Assembly: GCA_963677495.2 (NCBI GenBank)
Contig: CAXXOU010000001.1
Coordinates: 736,001 to 800,000, forward strand
Length of the DNA: 64,000 bases
Direction of reading: 5' to 3'
DNA from: Candidatus Cloacimonadales bacterium
GTDB taxonomy: Bacteria; Cloacimonadota; Cloacimonadia; Cloacimonadales; JAFGVF01
A program made the position numbers and the translations under genes. The notes under the pieces are model-generated. The model was given only the letters and a program-made list of their open reading frames with translations, made no database searches and was not told the origin of the DNA. The stretch's first letter is position 1. Each line of letters opens with the position of its first letter. Positions 20,946-30,420 of the stretch are shown in pieces.

Positions 20946-21863
20946 GTGAAGAAAAAAAGAAAGATAATATCAAAAGCTAATTTGCTTAACATTTTAGGTA
21001 TATTGATTGGCTCTCTTGGAATGGGCTTTGGCTACAGTCTCTTCCTAATGCCGTTCAAAGTTGCTCCCGGTGGTGCATCCGGTTTAGCACAGATTGCCTT
21101 CTTTAAGTTGGGTATCCAACCCGGTTTGTTTATGTTGTTGGTTAATATACCACTCTTTGCTATCGGATTATGGCAGTTTGGCAAACAGTTTGGTTTTAAA
21201 TCGATTATTGCTATTATTCTAACTTCTGTATTTTCCGATTTCTTTATAAGTGATCACTTCATTGGAGCAGAAGGTTTACAGACGTTCTTATATGATATAA
21301 ATGGGGCAATGAGCTTTACTAATGAATATATCTTAGCCGTGCTGGCAGGCTCATTACTTTATGGAGCCGGAATCGGACTGGTGATTAGGAACAATGGTTC
21401 AACAGGTGGTTCTGATATCCCTGCTCTTCTTATGCGTAAGTATTTCGGTTTCTCGATTGGAACCAGTTACCTTATTATTGATACTGTTATTATCATGCTT
21501 GCAGGATACTTCTTTAAGAATGCTAACCTTATCCTCTGGGCCCTCTTCTCACTTTGGATAAGTTCTAAAGTCGCTGACATTGTGATTGAAGGTTTCTCTA
21601 TTACTAAGGGTGTTACCATTCTCTCAAACAACACAGAACAAATTAGAGAGGAGATACTCTTCGAGATGAATCGTGGTTGCACTATTTATAAAGGTGAAGG
21701 CGGTTTCTCCAGAGAGAAAAGAGACATTATTTATACAATCATAACAAATAGAGAACTTGGTCGACTCAAGAACATTGTGAGAGATATTGATCCGGATGCT
21801 TTCTTTGTTGTTCAGGATATTCATCAAACTCATGGTAGGGGATTTAGAGGATTTGACAGCTAA
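20946..21863 (+). CDS. YitT family membrane protein (C-terminal DUF2179)
   Basis: APGGASGL, NIPLF, GSTGGSD, RGCT..GEGG and IDPDAF motifs; GTG start after GGAGG. Confidence 0.88.
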   Translation: MKKKRKIISKANLLNILGILIGSLGMGFGYSLFLMPFKVAPGGASGLAQIAFFKLGIQPGLFMLLVNIPLFAIGLWQFGKQFGFKSIIAIILTSVFSDFFISDHFIGAEGLQTFLYDINGAMSFTNEYILAVLAGSLLYGAGIGLVIRNNGSTGGSDIPALLMRKYFGFSIGTSYLIIDTVIIMLAGYFFKNANLILWALFSLWISSKVADIVIEGFSITKGVTILSNNTEQIREEILFEMNRGCTIYKGEGGFSREKRDIIYTIITNRELGRLKNIVRDIDPDAFFVVQDIHQTHGRGFRGFDS

Positions 21864-22905
21864 TAGTTTCTTAAAACCAATAGAGTTTATCAGAGAACAA
21901 TTCGATAAGTATGACGTTGTGCTACTTGGTGAATACCACCGAATCAAACAGGACTTGGAGTTTTACTGTAAGCTGATAGAAATGCTGCCGGAAATGGGAG
22001 TTAGTACTATTGGTACCGAGTTTCTTCGTAGAGCAGATCAGCAGTTGATTAATGAGCTAATATCCTCCAATACATTCGACTTTGAGTTAGCGAAGCAACT
22101 CCAGTTCAATATGAGTGTTTTCTGGGGGTACAAAGAGTACATTGATGTTTACAGAGCAGTCTGGAAAGTGAATAAATCAGGATATAAGCTAAACCTTATC
22201 GGTTTAAATGATTCACCTAACTTAGAACTTAAGAACAGGTACCATGCCGAGGGTGTTGAGCTTACGAAAAAGCACTGGAAAGAGATTGGTAAAGGTTGCT
22301 CTGAGGAGTTTTGGGCTGATGCAGTAGTAGATAGAGTTGTAAAGCATAACGAAAAGGTTCTCACTATTACAGGACGTAATCACTCCTTCACAAGTTTCAA
22401 GCAACCGGCAGTTCGGATGCAGGATGGGAATTATACCTTTATTCGTTTCATGGACGACAGGTATGGCAACTACCTAAAAAAAAAGCTACCCAATAGAGTT
22501 TATAACATTTTTATACACTCTCCGAATCTCTTACTTGATTGTGAGTCCTCCAGTTTACCCTGTAATGGTGAGTTTGAAGAACTATTCGATAAGTTTGGGG
22601 AAGCAGGTTTATCTCTTAAGAAAACAATGTATGGCGATATAAATCTAATTGATACAATGTACAATCCCGGGTATGAACAACTCAAACTTTCAGATATCTA
22701 TGATGGTTACATAATCCATACTAAAGTATGTGATTTCAAACATGTTTCTGCTATTCCAAACTTTATAAACGAAACTAATCATATTACTGCAAGGAAGAAT
22801 GTCTGGAATCCAAGTTGCTGTAATCTTACAATAGATGAATTCAATGAAGGAATAGCCCACGATGCTGAAATACAACAATTGTGGTGGGACAGATGTTATA
22901 AGTAA
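21787..22905 (+). CDS. Hypothetical protein of the ChaN/EreA/Tiki-like superfamily (start uncertain)
   Basis: VVLLGEYH, GTEF and TGRNH motifs. Confidence 0.55.
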   Translation: MIRMLSLLFRIFIKLMVGDLEDLTANSFLKPIEFIREQFDKYDVVLLGEYHRIKQDLEFYCKLIEMLPEMGVSTIGTEFLRRADQQLINELISSNTFDFELAKQLQFNMSVFWGYKEYIDVYRAVWKVNKSGYKLNLIGLNDSPNLELKNRYHAEGVELTKKHWKEIGKGCSEEFWADAVVDRVVKHNEKVLTITGRNHSFTSFKQPAVRMQDGNYTFIRFMDDRYGNYLKKKLPNRVYNIFIHSPNLLLDCESSSLPCNGEFEELFDKFGEAGLSLKKTMYGDINLIDTMYNPGYEQLKLSDIYDGYIIHTKVCDFKHVSAIPNFINETNHITARKNVWNPSCCNLTIDEFNEGIAHDAEIQQLWWDRCYK

Positions 22906-22906
22906 A

Positions 22907-23013
22907 CTGTACCTTCTGAATGGTCCTTAGACCTTCAGAATGGTACACTTCGGAGTTGACTTTAAATTACAAGAGCACCATTTCGAAGGTCTGCAACCAT
23001 TCGAAAGGTAGAA
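22907..23013 (+). repeat. ~108-bp palindromic REPIN/MITE-like element, copy 2
   Basis: TACCTTCTGAATGGT..GACCTTCAGAATGGT [spacer] ACCATTTCGAAGGTC..ACCATTCGAAAGGTA; starts just after the upstream stop codon. Confidence 0.82.
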
Positions 23014-23484
23014 CCGTATAACCACATTTCGCTATTGCTCCAACTCCCTGAAATGAAGTTGATGCAGTCAAATCTCTTCCTCACTCCTCAGTCACAATTC
23101 TAGAGTTTATTCTATCTCAAACTTCCCAAAAGCATATCAGTTACCTATTAATGGAAAACAACATTTCAATAGGGTTTTAACAGGTGTCTCTTTGGAAATT
23201 GATAACAATTGTGGCAGAGCAAAGAGACTTTAATCACTATTACGATATGCTTATATAACAAATCTAATCTTCTTACTGCTCACCTGTTCCCCGTTAGCTT
23301 CCCGTTAGCTTCCCGTTAGAAACTCGTTAATGAGAATGGGAATTAGATTTGGTGTAGATTAGGAGTTAAGGTATTTTGGAATTATAGTAAGATAGTGCAT
23401 TGCATGATACCAGACTTCTTACAGAGATGTGGCAAAATATAGTTTCATGACAAGACGCACCAACGCAGATGGTGCACTCCAAAC

Positions 23485-23515
23485 AAAAAAAAGCCTACCG
23501 TTTCCGATAGGCTTT
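23485..23515 (-). terminator. Intrinsic terminator
   Basis: AAAGCCTA..TAGGCTTT hairpin with an A-run (U-tail on the minus strand) after the large surface-protein gene. Confidence 0.7.
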
Positions 23516-23533
23516 CATTATTGTTTATGATTA

Positions 23534-26500
23534 CTATTTCATTAGTATCATTTTCTTTGATTTTGTGTATGTTCCGGATTGCATCTTATAGAAATACACA
23601 CCACTTGAAACAGAACTGTTATTATCATCAACACCATCCCAGATAACTGAATGTCTGCCGGCATTATAATGGTCATTTGCCAGTGTTTTTACTTTCTGAC
23701 CTTTGACATTATAGATGTCGATAGAAACGTTACCTGCTTCTTTCATATCGAAGCTGATAGCGGTTTCAGGATTGAATGGGTTAGGATAGTTGCCACGTAA
23801 TGCTGTAGTAGTAGGAACAATTACTTCTTCCTCTTCACCAACTGTAGCACCATTGTTTGTAAGCATCATGTCATCAACCATCATGAAGAAAGTCTGACTT
23901 GAAACACAATGCAATGCAACTCTGATAGTCTGACCGGCATATGCATCTAAATCATATGTGAACTGAGTCCAGTCAAGAGGGGCATCAACAGGGCTGTCAC
24001 CAGTGATAATAGTGAAATCATCCGGGTCAGCACTTCCATTAGAAATACCCACTTCAAACTGTTCGTTTCCAAACTGGATAGTATATGATCTTGCTAAGAA
24101 CTTAAGGGAAGCAGGATCATTTGATAAAAGAACTTGTTGAGAAATCAACCAGTCATCATTAGAGCCTGAATCAGCAGCAAAGCAAGCAAGATATTGATCT
24201 CCTGTATAAGCATCAGCGAACTGAACAGGAGGAACTGTCATTGATGGATTAAAGGCAATAAATGCCATAGGGTCATTTTCTCCTGTGAAATCTATACCAT
24301 TGTTGAATCCATAAGTTCCTTCACCATCACCATCAATAGTAATCCATGGGCTAAGATCTGTGGTGAATGGATCGAATGTATCGAAACTATCAGCAATAAC
24401 AGGTGGATCTACTTCAGTGAATACAACATTAATTGAGTCGCATGCAGGAGATTCACCGGTAGGACCTGTATATAGTGCAGTAATCTTATATTCATAAGAC
24501 TGATCGAATGTTAAGTCATCAGCTGTATCAAGATAGAACTGAGCTGTAACAGGTTCAGAATTAACAATTACATCATCTCTATAAACATTGTAACCTGCAA
24601 GAGAACGGGTAGGTTCTTCAGGTTGCATCCAAGAGAGAGTTACACCTTGGTAGCTAATATCATGAGCTAAAGCAGTAGGAGGATAGAAACCATCCGGTTC
24701 ATCATGATTATCAGTGATAACCCAGAGAGAGTAGTCTCCTGTAGCCCAGCGTGTACGTCCGTCGTTCTTTTTACCAACTCTATCCATTGCTGGGGAGTTA
24801 TCGAATCTAGCTATTCTAAGATAATAGAAACCTGCTTCAGTGATGTTAGTTGCAATGTATGGATTCATACCATCAGTCCAGCTGTCATCATCAAATGCCA
24901 TAGCCTGATCTTCTGGTACTGTCTGACCGAGGTCATCGAAAGGTCCATAAAGGAATGCAGATAAATCTACGTTAGAACCATAAAGATTCTCTGTATGGAT
25001 TTCAAGGTTAGCAGGAGCTGCCTGCCAGAAAGCATACCAATCAATGTCTGTTACAGGTTCGATGATAGCTTCTAAACCTTCACAATCAAGTACTAGCTCA
25101 GTAGCATCATCAGATTGGTCATTGCTGTCTGCAACATAGGCATAACCATGCAGAGGAATCTCATGCACTTCTCGACTATCAGTTACATTGTCCACAATTG
25201 TAATAAGTGCTTCTTTGTGTCCCGCAGTGGTAGGATTGAAAGTTAAATCAAAACTAACTTCACCGAACTGAGGGATACTGATAGGGTATGTGTTACCGTC
25301 AGTTAGAGTAAATTCACCTGCATCATCACCTGTAAGGGTAATAGCAGGATCGATAACTGCATCGGATTGCCCGAAGTTTGCAATTCTGATATTATAAACA
25401 TCAGAAGTTGTACCAACATTGTGAACACCAAAGTCAACATCCAAAGCACTAAGAATCACATATGGTCCAACACTTGGTGGAATCATGAAGAATCTTGTGT
25501 TTGGTATCAGGTTCGGTGTAAACATTGCTTCCGGTGGAGCGATTGGGTCAGGGTCAGTACCATCATTATAAAAATATATGCTTCTTGGCGTAGCTGTTTG
25601 AGTACAATAAAAGTCCTCTGTTGAATCTCCATATTCAGGTTCATTCTCTTCAACAGCTATAACAAGGTTAGACATACCATCATAGAAGAACATGTTTTCC
25701 AATGTAAAGTCTAACCATCCAGCACTAGTAGGATTTGCTATAGTTCCATTATACACCATAGTTAACTGATCATAAGGTATCCAAGAAGTTGTACTATCGA
25801 AACTCTCTTGGTCAGTTAATCCCATATATACAACCCACTGAGTACTTGAACTTAAGTCTCCACCACCATTGAACTGATATGAGATAGAAGTGATGAATCC
25901 CGCAGAGCCAAACTCTTCAGGTGTGTATATAGATTGAGAGTAACTATATCCGTAATATGGTTCTATAGGTAAGAATTGATTCTCTTCAACGCCATCCCCA
26001 ATGATAACCATGCCTTCAGGTCTTGTAGAGAAAGTCCAGACAGGGCAACCGGTAGCATCACCAACGAAGTTGTAAGGGATAATCTGCCAATAGTAGTCAG
26101 TTTCAAATGCAAGAGGACCTGTGATAGCATATTCGTTAACGAATCCGGCATCAACACCGTCAACTATATTTGTTGGAGGGTTATCAGAACCAAAATATAC
26201 TCTATATCCATCAGGATAGTTTCCACCATCAGCCCACTCTAATATAGGAGTGATGCTCTGGTTTTCTGAACCATCTTGTGGAGCAACTATAGTTGCAGCA
26301 TTTGGTATATCATTGAATGTTGTAAATGACCAAACCGGGCAATTTGTTGCACTACCTATAGCATTATATGGTGTAACTTGCCAGTAATAAACAACACCAG
26401 CAGTTAAACCAGAATAATCGAATGTATAGTTATTACCTGCATCTACCATATCATAGACATCTGTAGGTGGATTATCAGTACCCATACTTACATAATATCC

Positions 26501-28699
26501 GGCTGCGCCCGGTACAGGATTCCATTCAACAGTACCAGTCATTGGTATCTCAATAGCTGCATCAACAGGAGCTACAAGAGTAGTAGGAACTGGAGCTGAA
26601 CCGTTATCCCAGAATGAGATATCATCAAGTGCAACATCACCATTCCACATTGGACCACCGAGATATCTGAATCTAAGCTGTACTACACCTGTGTTGCCAT
26701 TAAGGTCAACATCACCAATAAGCCAATCTTGACCCTGATCACCGGTTAGTGGAGGTCTGATATCCTCAGTCCATTGGGTTCCATCCCAAAGGTCAAAATG
26801 TAGTTCTCCAACATTTGCACCATAAAGGGTGTACCAGAAAGAGCAGAAAGGATTTGCGAGAGCAGAAACATCAACAGGAGGGGCTAATAAGTCACTTCTG
26901 TATCCCTGGTTACCATTTGACTGAGCTCTGGCAAAGAAACCTCCGTTACCTGTGTGGTCACCATTTTGAGGACCGGTTTCCCAGCTTGCCCAGTTATTAA
27001 AGAACCAATCACCCTCATCTTCAGTTCCCTGATCCCATCCGATTGGGATTGCTTCTTCAAGATCAAAGTCCTGAGTGTATGGGAATACTGTGATTGTCTG
27101 GTCAAATCCTTCACCGGTAAGAGCGATTGGATATGTGTTATTCTGATCATCTGTGATTGTAACATTGCATGTTAAAGGTCCGGCATTTACCGGTGTAAAA
27201 GAGATTTCAAAGTTTACAAGTTGGGTTGATGATATTGTTAACGGATAAGTATTGTTATCTGTTAATGTAAAGTCAGTTGTGTTATCCATTGTAACGGATT
27301 GAACAACCAAATCAGCCATACCTGTATTTGTAATTGTATATGTAACAGGATCTGTTGAACTACCGGTATACAGAATTCCATAATCATGGCTATCAGGATA
27401 ATACATCAACTCAGCATCAGGACTAATGTCACCAAAGAAGAGCCTTGTATTTGGGATAGCTGTAGGAGTACCCATTGCCTCTGGTGGAGCATTGGGATCA
27501 GGGTCAGTCATATCATTATAGAAGAAGATACTTCTTGCACCTGTAGTAGTATCACATAAGAAATCCTCAGATCCACCTGCGCAATACTGTGGTTGGTTTT
27601 CTTCAACAGCTATAACAAGATTATCTGTGTTGTTGTAAACAAAAGGAGCTTGTAACACAAACTCAATCCAACCTTCCGCTCCAATAGCAGGTAAAGGTCC
27701 ACTATAAACCTGGACTAATTGTGAGATAGGAATCCAGTCATTTGTTGAAGCAAATGAAGAGTTTGGAGTGTGCCCCATATAGATAACCCATTCGTTACAG
27801 TTAGCCATAGGACCAGCTTCATTAAACTGATAGTATACCTTCTCAATACGCTGGTTTGCTATGTCTATATCTGACTGAAGATATACACTCTGAGAATAGG
27901 AGTATCCATAAAAAGGTTCTATTGGTAATGATTGATTTACTTCAGTACCGTTACCAATTTGAATCACATCAGTTCCTAATTCTGTTGAGAAAGTACCTGA
28001 AAGAGAGTTATCATAAATACTGGTGCTGTTCTTTGCTACAATTTGCCAGTAATAAGTACCGGCATAATCAAGCACTCCGGGATCATATGTCTCTCCGGTC
28101 CCCGATATTGCTTGATCGGCAATGACCGGTGTAGCCGGTAGGGAACCCTCCCCGAAGTAGAGATCGAAGGTCTCTGTGTTAGCTCCCCAATCCCATGATA
28201 AAGTTGTTCCATTGATTGCAACGTTAAATGCACCCGGTGTAGGTACTACGTTTGTTGGAGTACCGGGCATACCTGGATCATTTGGTGTAGAACCAGATAA
28301 ACTTACTAAGTAAGTTCCAGCAGCGTTATTTGAGTAACCTCGAAGATTAAAATAGTACCAGTCTGCATTAGTAATAGAGTAATCGATTTGTGATTGAAGA
28401 GTACCACCTGCATCATCGTTTGATGCTAATTCAGCTATTCCGCTTGAATCGTATAAGTGGAGGTAAGTATCGAATGATGTTGAAGCGTTTACACAGCTGA
28501 TAGTTATGTTGTCACCGGCAACTGCCCAGAACTTCCAATAGTCGTGGTCACCTGCAGTGATTTCTCCGGTATGGTCACCATTAATTATGGTTAACACTCC
28601 GGTATCATCAAATGTGTTGTTAGGTTCAGTCTCAGGATCAGCCCAAAGACATAAAACGGATAATGAAAGAATAACCAATAAAAGTATTGTTCTTTTCAT
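23534..28699 (-). CDS. Large secreted multidomain surface protein (PPC-like, FN3, Ig-like, MAM, cleaved-adhesin/choice-of-anchor J, FlgD-Ig/T9SS-type CTD)
   Basis: Signal peptide MKRTILL; ETEPNN/DHDYW PPC-like; YYWQ FN3 repeats; GDHT..VALDDI MAM; NDDWLIS; GNYPNPFNPET..SGVYFYKM..KKMILMK CTD. Confidence 0.85.
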   Translation of the reverse strand: MKRTILLLVILSLSVLCLWADPETEPNNTFDDTGVLTIINGDHTGEITAGDHDYWKFWAVAGDNITISCVNASTSFDTYLHLYDSSGIAELASNDDAGGTLQSQIDYSITNADWYYFNLRGYSNNAAGTYLVSLSGSTPNDPGMPGTPTNVVPTPGAFNVAINGTTLSWDWGANTETFDLYFGEGSLPATPVIADQAISGTGETYDPGVLDYAGTYYWQIVAKNSTSIYDNSLSGTFSTELGTDVIQIGNGTEVNQSLPIEPFYGYSYSQSVYLQSDIDIANQRIEKVYYQFNEAGPMANCNEWVIYMGHTPNSSFASTNDWIPISQLVQVYSGPLPAIGAEGWIEFVLQAPFVYNNTDNLVIAVEENQPQYCAGGSEDFLCDTTTGARSIFFYNDMTDPDPNAPPEAMGTPTAIPNTRLFFGDISPDAELMYYPDSHDYGILYTGSSTDPVTYTITNTGMADLVVQSVTMDNTTDFTLTDNNTYPLTISSTQLVNFEISFTPVNAGPLTCNVTITDDQNNTYPIALTGEGFDQTITVFPYTQDFDLEEAIPIGWDQGTEDEGDWFFNNWASWETGPQNGDHTGNGGFFARAQSNGNQGYRSDLLAPPVDVSALANPFCSFWYTLYGANVGELHFDLWDGTQWTEDIRPPLTGDQGQDWLIGDVDLNGNTGVVQLRFRYLGGPMWNGDVALDDISFWDNGSAPVPTTLVAPVDAAIEIPMTGTVEWNPVPGAAGYYVSMGTDNPPTDVYDMVDAGNNYTFDYSGLTAGVVYYWQVTPYNAIGSATNCPVWSFTTFNDIPNAATIVAPQDGSENQSITPILEWADGGNYPDGYRVYFGSDNPPTNIVDGVDAGFVNEYAITGPLAFETDYYWQIIPYNFVGDATGCPVWTFSTRPEGMVIIGDGVEENQFLPIEPYYGYSYSQSIYTPEEFGSAGFITSISYQFNGGGDLSSSTQWVVYMGLTDQESFDSTTSWIPYDQLTMVYNGTIANPTSAGWLDFTLENMFFYDGMSNLVIAVEENEPEYGDSTEDFYCTQTATPRSIYFYNDGTDPDPIAPPEAMFTPNLIPNTRFFMIPPSVGPYVILSALDVDFGVHNVGTTSDVYNIRIANFGQSDAVIDPAITLTGDDAGEFTLTDGNTYPISIPQFGEVSFDLTFNPTTAGHKEALITIVDNVTDSREVHEIPLHGYAYVADSNDQSDDATELVLDCEGLEAIIEPVTDIDWYAFWQAAPANLEIHTENLYGSNVDLSAFLYGPFDDLGQTVPEDQAMAFDDDSWTDGMNPYIATNITEAGFYYLRIARFDNSPAMDRVGKKNDGRTRWATGDYSLWVITDNHDEPDGFYPPTALAHDISYQGVTLSWMQPEEPTRSLAGYNVYRDDVIVNSEPVTAQFYLDTADDLTFDQSYEYKITALYTGPTGESPACDSINVVFTEVDPPVIADSFDTFDPFTTDLSPWITIDGDGEGTYGFNNGIDFTGENDPMAFIAFNPSMTVPPVQFADAYTGDQYLACFAADSGSNDDWLISQQVLLSNDPASLKFLARSYTIQFGNEQFEVGISNGSADPDDFTIITGDSPVDAPLDWTQFTYDLDAYAGQTIRVALHCVSSQTFFMMVDDMMLTNNGATVGEEEEVIVPTTTALRGNYPNPFNPETAISFDMKEAGNVSIDIYNVKGQKVKTLANDHYNAGRHSVIWDGVDDNNSSVSSGVYFYKMQSGTYTKSKKMILMK

Positions 28700-28824
28700 A
28701 ATCTTCTCCCTTTTTACAAAGATCAATTATTTCCGAGGTAGGCCTACACCTACCTCGGCCCCTTTAAATTGAACGATAATTAACAGTTTTAAGTAATTGA
28801 TGTCAATTACTTTCTAAATCAGAT

Positions 28825-30078
28825 TCATTTTTTATATCCCGGAGTCCAACTCAGCTCTGGTTTTACCTGTCTTGAATTCCATAGATACTTCTCAATTCTA
28901 TCTCTTAGAGAACCATCTATTTCCTTCTTAACCGGATATATAGCTGACTCTAGAACTCGTTTCATTAACAAGTATGAAGTTTCAACGTAATAGTTTAATC
29001 CCTGGGCAGTACAATGTTTCGCTACATCATTCTCAGTGTGTATATGGAAAGTTCCTTTTCCTCCAAATCTGGCAATATTGACTGAAGGTACTTCATATAC
29101 TGAGAATGGAATACCATCACTACTATAGATATCAAGCTTCTCATTGAAAAGATAACCTTGCTCTTTCATGATACCATTAGCATACCCTAGTAACTGTTGA
29201 GAACCAATAACTGCCATCATATCAGTACCCAAGCTGTCACCTGCAACATCAACATTAAGCACAAGTCCTGCTCTCTTTTGAATCTCTTCCTTGTGTTCTT
29301 CAACGTATGCAGTAGAACCGAGTAGACCTAACTCCTCTCCAGAGAAGAAACATATCTTTAATTCACGCTTTAAGTTAAGCTTATGCAGTTTCTCAGCCGT
29401 TTTTAAGATGCATACAGAGCCACCGGCATTGTCAGTAGAACCATGTGATCTGGCTACAGAGTCTAAATGAGCCACCATGTAAGTAAGTGTATTGTCTAAA
29501 ACAGGTTTTCCAACAGTTGCAACTATATTGTAAGCTGTTCTTTCTTCACAATTCTGCTCTATCTTCATTGTGATTTTTTTACCTGAAAGATTCATTAGCT
29601 TCTCAGCTGTTTTATAAGTAACAGTAACACCTGGGACTGCTCCATCGACCTTGCTTTGTTGTCTGAAAGAGAGTGAACTTTCAGTTCTGTAAGGAGGGGA
29701 AATACGAATGATACCGGCAACTTTCTCTTCATTCATAGCAAGCATAGTGTTACGTGTAATTGAACCTGCCATAATGATTTTGCCTTCCCAGATACCTTTG
29801 TTATAAATAATTTCATTTGCATTTCTAACAAAACAGAATTCACCGGTAAAGCTACCATTGTCGGATAACCCAAATGGCATTGCAGGGAACTCTTTTCCAT
29901 CTATTTCTAATGACGCAACACCTGAATCGAAGCTCCATAATTTGAATGGTTCCTCAACATATGGGATACCTGCTTCATCCAAGTGCTTCTTGATTATTTC
30001 TCGTCCCTTTGCTTCACCTTCCGAACCGGCTAATCTTTCAAAATCTAACTCTTTTAAAACTTGTAATGGTTTAATCAT
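28825..30078 (-). CDS. M28 family aminopeptidase
   Basis: RLAGSEGE, AHLDS, GSTDNAGG, GEELGLLGS, LNVD and SD..PF..H motifs. Confidence 0.88.
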   Translation of the reverse strand: MIKPLQVLKELDFERLAGSEGEAKGREIIKKHLDEAGIPYVEEPFKLWSFDSGVASLEIDGKEFPAMPFGLSDNGSFTGEFCFVRNANEIIYNKGIWEGKIIMAGSITRNTMLAMNEEKVAGIIRISPPYRTESSLSFRQQSKVDGAVPGVTVTYKTAEKLMNLSGKKITMKIEQNCEERTAYNIVATVGKPVLDNTLTYMVAHLDSVARSHGSTDNAGGSVCILKTAEKLHKLNLKRELKICFFSGEELGLLGSTAYVEEHKEEIQKRAGLVLNVDVAGDSLGTDMMAVIGSQQLLGYANGIMKEQGYLFNEKLDIYSSDGIPFSVYEVPSVNIARFGGKGTFHIHTENDVAKHCTAQGLNYYVETSYLLMKRVLESAIYPVKKEIDGSLRDRIEKYLWNSRQVKPELSWTPGYKK

Positions 30079-30198
30079 CTCTATCTCCTAAATGTGATAT
30101 ACTACTTCTAAAGATAGTATTAAGATTGAGCAAGAATTTTTTTAAAGAAGTATTAAAACCCTGTTAAAAAGAGGTGCCGAATTGCATTTAGAAAGGAG

Positions 30199-30420
30199 TT
30201 ATCCACATTTATCCACAATTACACCACAAGCCTTTCCACATGGTTATATTATTGGAATTAAGATATTTAGGATTGTTGAGTCTATATTAGCAGTAAGTTA
30301 TCCACATAAAATGTGTATTTATCCACACTCGGGAAATTTGGATTATTTTACAAAACTGAGCTTTACCCTCTCAAAAACACCTTCACCACGTATTGTTAAG
30401 AAATAATTTCCTGTGGATAA
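30199..30420. promoter_or_regulatory. DnaA-box cluster
   Basis: Perfect TTATCCACA at 30199, 30209, 30298, 30319; TGTGGATAA at 30412; near match CTTTCCACA at 30232. Confidence 0.75.
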
